Of a stretch of DNA of 64,000 nucleotides, positions 1 through 10,208 are shown piece by piece. Under the pieces are notes generated by a model. That model saw only the letters and a program-made list of their open reading frames with translations, was not told the origin of the DNA and did no database searches. Source of the DNA: an uncultured cyanobacterium (GTDB taxonomy: Bacteria; Cyanobacteriota; Cyanobacteriia; Cyanobacteriales; CAWUOF01). A program made the translations under genes and the position numbers. Where the stretch lies: the NCBI GenBank assembly GCA_963744145.1, contig CAVUSO010000001.1, positions 5,216,001-5,280,000 on the forward strand, read 5' to 3'. Positions within the stretch are counted from its first letter, which is position 1, and the number at the start of each line of letters is the position of its first letter.

Positions 1-15
1 TTACTCATTAAAGCG

Positions 16-619
16 ATGAAAGTACAGGTTTTATCTATTAAAGCGGCAAAAGAGCCTAACTCCCATGAAGTCTTGTTGTCTATCGGTGTAGATCAGCAAA
101 CTTTCATATTTACAACTGAAGTTAATCAAGTGGGAGAACATCAAATTCAAACGACTCATGGCGATCGCACTTTTTCAGAAGTATTCAGATTTAATCAGCG
201 AGTAGCAATGAATGTGAGTAATCTGGTAGTTAAATTTTCCAGCCAACAAATAATTGAATTGCCAGCCGACGTCGGTAATTTTGTCACTCCGGAAGAAACT
301 GTATCGAAGCTAAAATCTTATGAAAAGGGTAAGCCAATTCAGAGTGATCTGCAAGATAAACAAAAAGTTACGTTATATCTGTCGCCAAGAACTGCATCAC
401 CGACTCAAAATTCGAGCTGCGGTTGGCTCAGAACCAATATCTGTCATTGCTGAACGTGCGCTGATCTTTTATATGGAACATCCAGAAATAGTAGATGAAG
501 CCGGCAATACAGCGGATTCCACGTTGATGAAGTTATCTCGTTTGGTTGGGCGGGTTTATGATGGTGATCGATTTGGATCAGAATTGATTGGTGAACCCGC
601 CCCTACAAATCCTGGTTGA
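16..619 (+). pseudogene. Hypothetical protein with C-terminal ribbon-helix-helix-like domain, split by a +1 frameshift
   Basis: ORF 16-453 ends ...KQKVTLYLSP and ORF 320-619 continues ELHHRLKIRAAVGSEPISVIAERALIFYMEHPE. Removing one A at 387/388 (CCA-A-GAA) joins them into a cyanobacterial CopG/RHH-like motif. Confidence 0.6.
545..608. repeat. REP-like (GTAG-type) imperfect palindrome
   Basis: gggcgggtt...gaacccgcccctac; same family as the copies at 5085-5240. Confidence 0.55.
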
Positions 620-736
620 TTGTCATCATAAATTCATCGATTTTTTGGTAAATAATCCCAGATCCGAACATTTTTATCACCTGTAGATATTGTTTTAGCT
701 TTTCAACCTCCATCAGTAAGACTGTTTACTGAATTT

Positions 737-765
737 GCGTTAGCGTAGCTTACCGTAGGTATCGC
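737..765. repeat. Small dispersed repeat inserted in a HIP1 site
   Basis: GCG + 21-nt TTAGCGTAGCTTACCGTAGGT + ATCGC. Confidence 0.55.
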
Positions 766-931
766 CTAAATCTAGATCACTTTAGGAAAAGCGGGTCAAC
801 TTTCCTGAAGCCAATTGTGCAAAAAAAAGCTAAAATCCATTCATAATTACTATTTGAAAGCTAGGGGAAGATCCTTGACTAGGGGATTCCCTCAACTTTC
901 TGAAAACTTTGATAGGTAGATTTTGCTCTAA

Positions 932-3793
932 GTGGTACGTCCCAGTTATGGTCCTGAAGCGAAGAAACGCTCTAAACAGTTATTGGCTGTGTTGCTTGAC
1001 TATGCCAATGATGAGTTAAACTGTGATGAATCTACTCTAGATGCTTTACGTCCCCAGATTCAAGTATATTGGCAAACTGAACAGAGATTAATTGTTCGCA
1101 CTAAGATCCGTTTTTTAGAGACTCTGACTAAATTAGGTACAGATTCTCTACTGAGTGGAGAACAGATTAAGGAAGCACTACGACGGTTTGAGGATTTTTT
1201 AGAGATTCTGGAAGATCATCGTCCCAACCGTGGTGGGTCAGAAATTTGGCACTTTACACTTAATTTATGGTATAAGCGCAGTCATCCTATTGCTAACTTA
1301 GAACGATTTGAGCAGGAGTGGGAGCAACGTCGTCCCCAAAAATCTAAACAGGTAACAGGAGATCAAAGTGAGCAAGTACAGAATAATTTTTGGTGGGAAC
1401 TCTGTCGGGAGAGTTTAGAATTACAGGATTATCAACGGTTAACTACTAATGTGCTGACTGTTCCTGATGGAGTTGCGTTTGATTTGCATGAAGTTTATAT
1501 ACCATTGAAGTTGGTAGAAAGAAAACAGCAAGATCGGCGATCGGTAGATATTTCTGCGGAGCAAGGATCACAGTTTTATGAACCGGAAGAACTAGAAACA
1601 GCTCTAAGTTTAACGATCGCAGAGTTTTGTCAGCGATTTTTCCAATCTGAACTTAAACAACGGATTGCGATCGTCGGGGAACCTGGTTCAGGTAAAACTA
1701 CTTTGCTCCAAAAAATTGCTACTTGGTTACTTGAACATCAAGTTTTACCAATCTGGATTTCTCTTGCTGATCTGCAAGGATCTACTTTAGAACATTATCT
1801 ATTAAATGACTGGCTGAAACAAGCTACTCACAAAATCCGTGTTTCGGAAGAACTTCAGGAAGGTTTAGCTCAACAATTCCATCTAGGTAAGGTTTGGTTA
1901 TTACTCGATGCGGTTGATGAAATGGCTGATGATGCTAGTATGGCACTTAGTATGATTGCGCGTCAATTGCGAGGATGGGTTGGAGATGGGAATGTGGTGC
2001 TTACTTGTCGGTTGAATGTGTGGGATCATGGTAAAAATGCTCTTCATAGTTTTACTACCTATCGAAATCTTAGTTTTAGTTATGGTGATACTCGCGATCG
2101 CGATCAAGTTGGTGCATTTATTCAGCGTTGGTTTTCGTCTCGTCCTGAATTTGCCGATCGCTTACATCTGGAGCTAAATAAAATTGAACGAAAGCGGATT
2201 AAAGATACTGTAAAAAATCCGCTCCGATTAGCATTATTATGTCGGACTTGGTCTTTAGCTCAAGGGAATTTACCTAATACTAAAGCTACTCTCTATCAGC
2301 AATTTGTGGAAACCATTTATGAATGGAAACAGGATCGCTTTCCCACTACTCCTGCTCAACGACAGCAATTAAATCAGGTTTTGGGAAAACTAGCTCTTTT
2401 TGCTTTAGAACAACCGGAAATTAAATTTAGATTAAGTTATTCTTTTTTACAACAAGCATTTGCTGAGTCTCTTGAATTAATTCCCTTAGCATTACAATTA
2501 GGTTGGTTAAATCAGGTAGGTATTGCTGCTAATTCTGGTGAAAAAGTGTATGCTTTTTATCACCCAACCTTTCAGGAATATTTTGCAGCTCAAACAATTA
2601 CAGATTGGCATTTTTTCTTTGATCCTAAGCATAATTATCCCATTTTTAGTCAACCTTGGCAAGAGGTAATTTTCCTCTGGTTGGGACGAAGTGATGTTTC
2701 CGTAATCGATAAAGAAGCTTTTTTACAAGCATTAACAGAGTTTGATGATCAATGTGGTGGTTTTTATGCTGTTCGAGCTTATTTTATTGCAGCAGTAGGA
2801 TTAGCGGAATTTCCCCATTATAGCAAAGCAGAAATAATTTTATCACAATTAATTGATTGGCGTTTTGCTGTACATAGATCGTCAAAGTTTGGTGCAATCC
2901 CACTTTCAGAAGATGCAAGAATTGCTTTACTTAAGACTGATCGAAGTTTAGCAATTTTAGGTTTAGAAAAATTCATTAGTTCCGTTTCCCATCCTTTTAT
3001 AATTTGGAACGCAGCTTATACACTTGGTCGAGCGTTAGATCCAGGGAATTTAGTCGCGATCGCTGCTTTAATTCGGTTACTGGATATCATTCAATCGGAA
3101 CCTTTGCGTTTACAGATTAGTGAACATTTGGGGAAAGTTGATCCTGGTAATGCGATCGCAATTGCTACTCTTGTGAGTATAATTGAATCAGCTTCTTCCT
3201 TATCTATCTGTCGGAAAGCAGCTTATAGTCTGGGAAAAATCTGTCCAGAACATCCCTTAGCGATCGCAACTTTGGAACGTTTGGTTGCTACTACTGATCT
3301 TAGTTTCAAAAGACAAGTCATCGAAAATTTACTGACATTAGATCCAGGAAATGTAATCGCGATCGCAGTTCGAGAAACCATTAAAAATACCCGACCGCAA
3401 ACCAGTCAGAAACGACCAAAGAAATATGCAGATACAATTAGTATAGCACAAACCATCAAAATATTAGAAAACAAATTAGATACTGTCAAAGATCCAGATA
3501 ATCTTAGACGAATTGCTTACCGTCTTGGTAATTTACAACCTGGACATTCTCAAGCAATCGAAATTTTAATTAGACTACTAACATCAGCAAATTCGTCAGG
3601 ATTCCATAAACAAGTGAGTGAAAATCTCAAAGAGATCATCACCGATGAGCAATTGAGTGAAATCGTTAGTAAACTCAAACCAGGAGTAAATCAAGATGGA
3701 ATAGCTTCCAGCGATCGAGAATCTGATAAAATGCTATGGTATTGCGCTCAAAGAATGACTTATGATCGTTTTTATCAAGCATGGAATGGATAA
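932..3793 (+). CDS. NACHT (STAND) NTPase with C-terminal HEAT-like repeats
   Basis: Walker A GEPGSGKTT, Walker B LLLDAVDE, NPLRL, FYHPTFQEYFAA, repeated AAYxLGxxDPGN units. Confidence 0.85.
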   Translation: MVRPSYGPEAKKRSKQLLAVLLDYANDELNCDESTLDALRPQIQVYWQTEQRLIVRTKIRFLETLTKLGTDSLLSGEQIKEALRRFEDFLEILEDHRPNRGGSEIWHFTLNLWYKRSHPIANLERFEQEWEQRRPQKSKQVTGDQSEQVQNNFWWELCRESLELQDYQRLTTNVLTVPDGVAFDLHEVYIPLKLVERKQQDRRSVDISAEQGSQFYEPEELETALSLTIAEFCQRFFQSELKQRIAIVGEPGSGKTTLLQKIATWLLEHQVLPIWISLADLQGSTLEHYLLNDWLKQATHKIRVSEELQEGLAQQFHLGKVWLLLDAVDEMADDASMALSMIARQLRGWVGDGNVVLTCRLNVWDHGKNALHSFTTYRNLSFSYGDTRDRDQVGAFIQRWFSSRPEFADRLHLELNKIERKRIKDTVKNPLRLALLCRTWSLAQGNLPNTKATLYQQFVETIYEWKQDRFPTTPAQRQQLNQVLGKLALFALEQPEIKFRLSYSFLQQAFAESLELIPLALQLGWLNQVGIAANSGEKVYAFYHPTFQEYFAAQTITDWHFFFDPKHNYPIFSQPWQEVIFLWLGRSDVSVIDKEAFLQALTEFDDQCGGFYAVRAYFIAAVGLAEFPHYSKAEIILSQLIDWRFAVHRSSKFGAIPLSEDARIALLKTDRSLAILGLEKFISSVSHPFIIWNAAYTLGRALDPGNLVAIAALIRLLDIIQSEPLRLQISEHLGKVDPGNAIAIATLVSIIESASSLSICRKAAYSLGKICPEHPLAIATLERLVATTDLSFKRQVIENLLTLDPGNVIAIAVRETIKNTRPQTSQKRPKKYADTISIAQTIKILENKLDTVKDPDNLRRIAYRLGNLQPGHSQAIEILIRLLTSANSSGFHKQVSENLKEIITDEQLSEIVSKLKPGVNQDGIASSDRESDKMLWYCAQRMTYDRFYQAWNG

Positions 3794-3805
3794 CTAATAG
3801 TTGCA

Positions 3806-4276
3806 ATGAAATACCATAAAAATCATCCTCAACCAAGCTCCGACAATTTGATCCTTATTATTGGATATGGTAACGACTTACGAAGTGACGATGGAGTAGG
3901 ACAAAAAATAGCAAACCAGATCCAAAATTGGCAAATTCCTCACATCCAATCGATCGCACTACATCAACTAACCCCTGAATTAGCTGAAACTATATCGGAA
4001 GTTAAAAAAGTTATTTTTATCGATGTATATCCAGCTTCAGAAGGAGCTAAAATTCAAATTCAAAACCTTGAACCAACTAACATGAGAGACAAAATTGGAC
4101 ATATCAGTGATCCGCGATCGCTACTAGCACTTTGTCAAGCACTATACAATCATCTCCCTGAAGCTTGGATGATTGCAATTCCTGGAGTTAACTTTGACTT
4201 CGGTGAAATTCTTTCACCAACTACTGAACAGGGAATGAATGAAGCACTAGCAGCAATTGACAAATTAATTAAATAA
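3806..4276 (+). CDS. hoxW: Hydrogenase maturation protease (HoxW-like)
   Basis: IIGYGNDLRSDDGVG, HQLTPELAE, VIFID and GH motifs. Confidence 0.75.
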   Translation: MKYHKNHPQPSSDNLILIIGYGNDLRSDDGVGQKIANQIQNWQIPHIQSIALHQLTPELAETISEVKKVIFIDVYPASEGAKIQIQNLEPTNMRDKIGHISDPRSLLALCQALYNHLPEAWMIAIPGVNFDFGEILSPTTEQGMNEALAAIDKLIK

Positions 4277-4351
4277 TAGAAGACCGATTATTTGAGTTAA
4301 AATTATTCGGTAATATTTTCGATCGAGTCCCTTATTCCCGTACTACCAAAC

Positions 4352-5071
4352 ATGATTTCTCGTCGTACTTATCTCAGTTTCCTGTTAGCTAGCTTTGTTG
4401 CTTTATTTATTGGGGTGAATTCTGTCCCATTAGCGATCGCGACTAGATCAAATTTAGCTAAACCCCATCCGTTACCAATTACTCTCGTCCATTGGAAAGA
4501 TTTACAGGATCATGGAGATTATTTTGACCAAATCAAGCAGGTAGAAGTGGGATATTTAATTTGGTCAAAATTTCCAGTTAAAGTTTATGTAGATCAAGAT
4601 GATCAAGAAAAAACCACCGCATGGTTCAATGCGGTTTCCCAAGCAGTGAAAGAATGGAATGTATATTTACCTTTAACTATAGTAAAGCAAGCAGAAACTG
4701 CGGATATTAGAATATTAGCCCAAACTCCTCCTTTGCGATTATCTAATCAGGGGAATCTAATTCGAGCTAGAACAGCTCAAACTCGATTTGAATTATATAT
4801 GGATCAAACTCAAACGGGAGAAAAATTTTTATCCCATCGGTTTACAATTCAGCTTAGTCCCAATCAAATACCCCTTTATCTGCTTGCTTGTGCGCGTCAT
4901 GAGATTGGTCATGCTTTAGGAATTTGGGGACATAGTCGGTTGGAAACCGATGTGTTATATTTTTCTCAAGTTCGCAATCCACCCTTAATTTCCGATCGGG
5001 ATGTTAATACCCTAAAACGAATTTATGAACAACCTACACTTTTATACCAATTCACCATGAAGATACATTGA
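4352..5071 (+). CDS. Exported zinc metallopeptidase (matrixin/M10-like)
   Basis: Signal-like N-terminus; HEIGHALGIWGH zinc motif. Confidence 0.8.
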   Translation: MISRRTYLSFLLASFVALFIGVNSVPLAIATRSNLAKPHPLPITLVHWKDLQDHGDYFDQIKQVEVGYLIWSKFPVKVYVDQDDQEKTTAWFNAVSQAVKEWNVYLPLTIVKQAETADIRILAQTPPLRLSNQGNLIRARTAQTRFELYMDQTQTGEKFLSHRFTIQLSPNQIPLYLLACARHEIGHALGIWGHSRLETDVLYFSQVRNPPLISDRDVNTLKRIYEQPTLLYQFTMKIH

Positions 5072-5084
5072 TGTATATTGATCT

Positions 5085-5240
5085 GTGGGTGAGGGTGGGT
5101 TTTGATGATTAGTAGGTAAATGTCAAACATCTCGGTGAACCCACCCCTACAAAAACCCGCAAATAGAGGATAAAATTGGTAGGGGCAGGTTCACCAGTTA
5201 ATTCTGCCACCAACAGATCACCATTATAAACCTGCCCTGA
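5085..5240. repeat. Pair of inverted REP-like palindromes
   Basis: gggtgggtt...gaacccacccctac and gtaggggcaggttc...aacctgccc. Confidence 0.6.
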
Positions 5241-5325
5241 CTCTAACAGATCAACCTCAGATTAAGTGCAATTTCATAGTTAATTGGTATTAGGATATTC
5301 CCGTTAATTTTAGATGTCATAAATG

Positions 5326-5481
5326 AATAAGATTCAGTTAAGAATATTTTTGAGGATCTCCGTGCAGAAGAAGGGTTTACCCTGAGTAGTCGAAGGGTGA
5401 AGCATTCGGATCTAATATTACTGGTTAGATTGTTCAATTATCGCCCGAATGCTTCACCCCTACACTTAATTGAACCGGATT
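5326..5481. repeat. Degenerate copy of the CAATACAGTTCAGTTAA-ended MITE with internal REP-like hairpin
   Basis: Ends aataagattcagttaag / cttaattgaaccggatt; internal gggtgaagcattcgg...ccgaatgcttcacccctac as in 29938-30522. Confidence 0.5.
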
Positions 5482-5484
5482 AGG

Positions 5485-8481
5485 TCATAAATATCTTTTC
5501 ACTTCCGTTAAAAACGCTAATAAATTAAAACTTTTCTTTCCTCTCATCTGGTTTAATAAAGAAAGTTTCCCAACTGAGTCATCTCCAATTAAGTTTTCAT
5601 AGGGATCAAGTTTGAGACTAATATCCCTAGCTTTTTCATAACGAGAAAAATGAAATAGAGTCAAATACTGCAAGATGTCGTTTTTTAGGGTTGTATTAGA
5701 AATAAGTCCCATCCGAATATCTTCATCATCTAAAATACCCTGATAAATTTCTAGAAGTGTTGCATAAGAAATTACACCTCGATAGTTTCGTTCTTCATCT
5801 TTACCGACTTTCAATCCATTAAACAAATTAAAAAAGACTACGGATTTTTTACTGCGATCGGCAACTAAATTCGTTAATTCTAAAGTATCTTGGATATATA
5901 ACGATGTAGTTTTCAATTTTTCTAGCATTACTACATAATACTTATCAAAAAAGATCGGATAGATTTTGATATCTTCATAACTTGCTTTTAAAGTGCGGAT
6001 CACATTGGGGGACATGAAAAATAAACCATCGTCATCTTCCGTTTTGGTCATGTGTAAGGTGCTAGTGTAGGGAGCTTTAGCAATATATAAAAAATGTCTA
6101 TATCCTAGTCGATACAGTTGACTGATTTTATCCCTAACTACGGTAGGATCTCTAAACATATCCTCATGATTATAGTTACCTGAAAAAGTTCCAAGTAACT
6201 GAACTCTTACCCCATCATCAATTCGTTTTAATCCCACAATTTCCCCAATTAAATTAGATTTCTTATAATTGCTTCCCCATCTAGCATCACTTGCTCGACT
6301 CGAAACAATAATAATTGCTAATTGATTTAAGTCTGGACAACTTGGAGGATGATTAAAGTGAAATTTTTTCGGTAATATAGAGTAAAGAGAACTGAGGACA
6401 TTAGGAATTTTGTAGTTTAAATTACCGCTAATATCAACTCCCTGAGCATTAGCACGATGTTCTTCATTAAGTAAATGGGATAATACCTTAGAAAAAGATA
6501 CCATAAAGGTTTCGATCGCGGTACTATTTTGTTTATTATTTAAGTGCAGACGTAGGATCGGAATAAATAACCGATTTTTGGTATAACTCAGGATCACTTG
6601 CACAGATAAATAAGCAAGCAAAGCAAAGGTAAATTGATAAACAAAGGTCTTTTGTTCCTTCAGATTGTTGCGCTCTAAACTATAAGGGAATAAAATTAAT
6701 TTCCGCTGCAAATTGTCAGAAATTTTTTGACACTGGGGTTCTTTGGGAACAAAAACAATGGGTAAGGTATTAATCCCGGTCAGATCATAATTCATCGAGA
6801 AACTTGGTTGAATATCAGTAGTAAAATAAGGAATATCACTAATAGTAATATTTGCAGTTAGGGTACAGAGAGAACTGGTAGAAGTATGGGTTTGATCCGA
6901 TAGATGAGCATCTCCGATCGCGATATATTTAAGCACATCCTTAGCATTTTCTCTGAGAATAGGTTTAAAAAAAGTATCGCGATCGCAAATTTTCTGAAAG
7001 TCCTGTTCTAAAATTCCTTTCTTAATCGAAATATGGAGAGGATAATTTTGGGTCTTCAAAGGAGTTTTCCGACTCAGAACATTTCTCAATAAATGTTTTA
7101 ATTGCTCAATCTTAGCACCAATTTGATAAGATTCCATCCCCTGTTTAATTCCAGCAAAAATTCTTTGCTTTGCTCCATCATCATTTCCTTGGAGCAGGGG
7201 AAGTACCCTAGTTTCAAAATTGGGAATTGGATTATACTCTAAATCAGACTCAGGGGTATAACCTGGTGTATTTGGGTCAACAGTAGCAAAGATAAAATAA
7301 TATAAAAAAGCTAACCTTAATACCTTTTTTGCAAAACCTTCTTTGGTCAATGGATCATTTAGTTCTGCTTGATGTGTTTGACTCTTGGGATCAATAATAT
7401 TCAGATAATACTCAAACGGAGTTTTTCCTCCTCGGGACTGGACGGGATTATTGAATTTGAGTTTCAACCCAAAAATAAACTGTAAATATTCCTGAGTTTC
7501 TGAGGTACTTTCTCCCAAATATCCTTCCACGATCGGGACAATCGGTAACATTTCAAATGCTTCACTTCGAGCAAACCAGTCTCGATAGTTAAGGGTGATT
7601 CCTCCATAATTTACTTGATAATACCCATCCCCTTTTTCTAGATCACTAATATAATCGTTAATTAATTTAAGTCGTCTAATTAAATCTTGCAAATAAAATC
7701 CACCGGGACTATTAGTGGAACTAATTTTAATATTGGTTTGCAAAAACTCTAAATAATTGATCTGAGCTTGTTTTTTCAATTTACCTAAAGTTTCGCTATC
7801 GACAATTCGTTTTAAAATGTAAAAATCCGACTGGGGATTTTTCTCTAATTCCTCTAGAATATATCCCAACTCTTCGCGATCGCTAGGATCAGCAAAGTGG
7901 AGATTAATATAATTGGTTAATCCCGTCTGTAATTGTTGATTAAAAGTCTGAGTATGATCAACGGTAATCGTTAATTTGTGTAATTTGAGCACTTCCTGAC
8001 GATCGGACTGATGAGAAAAACTTAATTGCTGCTTTTGTAAATTTTCATAAGTAGGAAACGGATAAGTAAAATCTAATTTTTGGCTCTTCCCTTGAAAAGA
8101 CTGTAACTCCGTAATTAAACTAGCAATAAAATCCTTCACTACATCCGGTTCAGCTTGGGGATTAATCGTGGACTCTAATAATTGTTGACAAAGTTTTTTA
8201 AGTTGTGTTACTATCACCGGAAAACGTTCAGCTAAACTTGAAGTAAAATTAATTGTTGCTACAATAGTGCTAGGTGTAGATGAACCCAGGGGATTATTTA
8301 TGGGTAAATCTGCTACTTGTGCTGCAATACTGTCCAGATCAATCTGCAATTTTTGTCGATCGCTAAATAATCTAAATGGATTGACAAGTTGGGGATTCTG
8401 TAAAACTCCCACCAGTTGATCCAGCAAATCACTATAGTCCACTAAAACTAAATCATTATCATTCCAGTTTAATCTATTCAT
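5485..8481 (-). CDS. 998-aa hypothetical protein with putative divergent, catalytically inactive MID-PIWI (Argonaute-like) C-terminus
   Basis: Long intact ORF. C-terminal order ANAQGV, NVLSSLYSILPK, LAIIIVSSR, HFLYIAKAPY, IYPIFFDK, DILQYLTLFHF, LKLDPY parallels MID/PIWI elements (by eye only). Confidence 0.5.
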   Translation of the reverse strand: MNRLNWNDNDLVLVDYSDLLDQLVGVLQNPQLVNPFRLFSDRQKLQIDLDSIAAQVADLPINNPLGSSTPSTIVATINFTSSLAERFPVIVTQLKKLCQQLLESTINPQAEPDVVKDFIASLITELQSFQGKSQKLDFTYPFPTYENLQKQQLSFSHQSDRQEVLKLHKLTITVDHTQTFNQQLQTGLTNYINLHFADPSDREELGYILEELEKNPQSDFYILKRIVDSETLGKLKKQAQINYLEFLQTNIKISSTNSPGGFYLQDLIRRLKLINDYISDLEKGDGYYQVNYGGITLNYRDWFARSEAFEMLPIVPIVEGYLGESTSETQEYLQFIFGLKLKFNNPVQSRGGKTPFEYYLNIIDPKSQTHQAELNDPLTKEGFAKKVLRLAFLYYFIFATVDPNTPGYTPESDLEYNPIPNFETRVLPLLQGNDDGAKQRIFAGIKQGMESYQIGAKIEQLKHLLRNVLSRKTPLKTQNYPLHISIKKGILEQDFQKICDRDTFFKPILRENAKDVLKYIAIGDAHLSDQTHTSTSSLCTLTANITISDIPYFTTDIQPSFSMNYDLTGINTLPIVFVPKEPQCQKISDNLQRKLILFPYSLERNNLKEQKTFVYQFTFALLAYLSVQVILSYTKNRLFIPILRLHLNNKQNSTAIETFMVSFSKVLSHLLNEEHRANAQGVDISGNLNYKIPNVLSSLYSILPKKFHFNHPPSCPDLNQLAIIIVSSRASDARWGSNYKKSNLIGEIVGLKRIDDGVRVQLLGTFSGNYNHEDMFRDPTVVRDKISQLYRLGYRHFLYIAKAPYTSTLHMTKTEDDDGLFFMSPNVIRTLKASYEDIKIYPIFFDKYYVVMLEKLKTTSLYIQDTLELTNLVADRSKKSVVFFNLFNGLKVGKDEERNYRGVISYATLLEIYQGILDDEDIRMGLISNTTLKNDILQYLTLFHFSRYEKARDISLKLDPYENLIGDDSVGKLSLLNQMRGKKSFNLLAFLTEVKRYL

Positions 8482-8656
8482 CTGACCATCATCATTGAGA
8501 AAAATTTATCGATTTTGCCGACAGATCCAATTATAGTTATAATTCAATATATCCACAAGTAGAAAAACATCACTTGACCATCTCCCATTCTCAACTCTTT
8601 CTACAACATCATCGTGTTTTTGTAAATTAGTAATTAGTTAAAAAAAGGTAAAATTT

Positions 8657-9991
8657 ATGACTCGTCTCAATCAACGTGCTTTTGAAATCCTCCGGACAGA
8701 AGTTCAAAATTGCGCTAAAGCTGCTGGATTAGCTGGACAAGTACACCATGATCTAGTGATGAGAAGATTGGAAAGACTACAACAACAAACAGGAAAAGCA
8801 GCTACATTCTCAGAACTACAAGGAGTAGTAATTGATATTTTTCCCAATTTTAGCGAAAAATCATTACGATCCGCAGCTAAAGCTAACCTTCCACCAGGGA
8901 TCTGGGATAATATCAAGTTTGGTGCTGGACTAATAGTAGGTGGTTTGGGTATGCTGTGGATTGTGAATTTACCTTTTCCCATGATCCGTCAACCAGTAGC
9001 ACAAGTAGCACCAATCTTGCTCTTACCTAGTTTTATTAGTATGGATTATCATTATCGACAAGCGATCGCTTTAGTGGAACAAGCAGATCAGTTAATTAAT
9101 AAAGCTACAGATTATCCAGATATTACAATTGGAGAACAAAAAGTTAAACAAGCTCAACAACATCTAGATGCTTTACCAGTTTGGTTTTTAGGATATTATC
9201 CTCAAGCTTATTGTAGCTTATTTGGTTGTAATTGGCGGTTTACATTAGATGAATTTGAAGTTGCACGTAAACAGGTAGCACGGATGGATGCTATTATCTT
9301 TCAAGAAAAAAATGCCCAAACTAAATTAATTCAAACTGAACAAGCACTCAATGCAGCTAAACAACAATATCAGCAAAGTAAAACCTCAACAGAGCAACAA
9401 CAAGCGATCGCGGATTGGCAAAGTGCGATCGATGAAATGGAACAAATTCCTCCCACAGTATTAAGTCAGCAAATAGTCAGAAATAAATTAAAAGCTGCTC
9501 AAAGAGATTTTAAAGATATGGTCGGTTATGACAATGGTAATAAGCGCACAGGTAGTTTAATTGAAGCAGCAAAAACTTTCGGACTAAAAGCAGCACAATC
9601 TGCCCAAAATCCACCCCATTCAGCTGATGAATGGGCGGAAATTGTTAAACAATGGGAGGAAGCAATTGAACGAATTAAACAAGTACCAGTTCAAGATCCT
9701 GGTTATAACGATGCTCAAATCTTACTAGCTGAATATCAAAAAAATTTAGGTATCACTAGAATTCGTCTTAAGGTTGAACAAAGTTCAGCTGAAGCATTAA
9801 AACAAGCTAAAAATCGGATTGCAAATTGGCGCAGTTTAGCTATTTCTCAGCCTAAAAATCCTCAATTAATTAACGACTTACAAATAATTATTAATGAATT
9901 AGAAGATGTTAAACCGGGCACAACTGCTACTGATGAAGGTAAAGAATTGCTAGAATTTGCCAAGACAAAAATGAAAGAAGTTCAACCTTAA
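8657..9991 (+). CDS. Conserved cyanobacterial membrane-anchored helical (TPR-like) protein
   Basis: One TM segment near aa 85-105; NLPFPMIRQPVAQVAPILLLPSFI; repeated WQxAI helical units. Confidence 0.65.
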   Translation: MTRLNQRAFEILRTEVQNCAKAAGLAGQVHHDLVMRRLERLQQQTGKAATFSELQGVVIDIFPNFSEKSLRSAAKANLPPGIWDNIKFGAGLIVGGLGMLWIVNLPFPMIRQPVAQVAPILLLPSFISMDYHYRQAIALVEQADQLINKATDYPDITIGEQKVKQAQQHLDALPVWFLGYYPQAYCSLFGCNWRFTLDEFEVARKQVARMDAIIFQEKNAQTKLIQTEQALNAAKQQYQQSKTSTEQQQAIADWQSAIDEMEQIPPTVLSQQIVRNKLKAAQRDFKDMVGYDNGNKRTGSLIEAAKTFGLKAAQSAQNPPHSADEWAEIVKQWEEAIERIKQVPVQDPGYNDAQILLAEYQKNLGITRIRLKVEQSSAEALKQAKNRIANWRSLAISQPKNPQLINDLQIIINELEDVKPGTTATDEGKELLEFAKTKMKEVQP

Positions 9992-10007
9992 ATTCAGGTA
10001 GAACCAG

Positions 10008-10117
10008 ACCTAACCCCCCAACCCCCTTCCCTAGGAGGGAAGGGGGAGTAATTAAGATGATTAAATTAATTAGAGATTTAATAGAATTAATTCTGGCTCC
10101 CCTTTCCTCTGAGGAGA
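10008..10117. repeat. REP-like double-hairpin element
   Basis: ccccttccct-agg-agggaagggg plus second hairpin; homologous to the element split by IS4 at 23646-25496. Confidence 0.6.
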
Positions 10118-10208
10118 GTTCATCATGGTGAGGTGGACATTTTAGGTTCAGTGTGTTTTTGACCTCCTTCCATAAAGTGTCTGAAGAGCCCGGAATATTA
10201 AACTTTAC

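Noticed and set aside
10113..10195. Possible IS-end fragments (GAAGAGCC) truncating the REP-like element
   Set aside because: No matching second end or target duplication could be established
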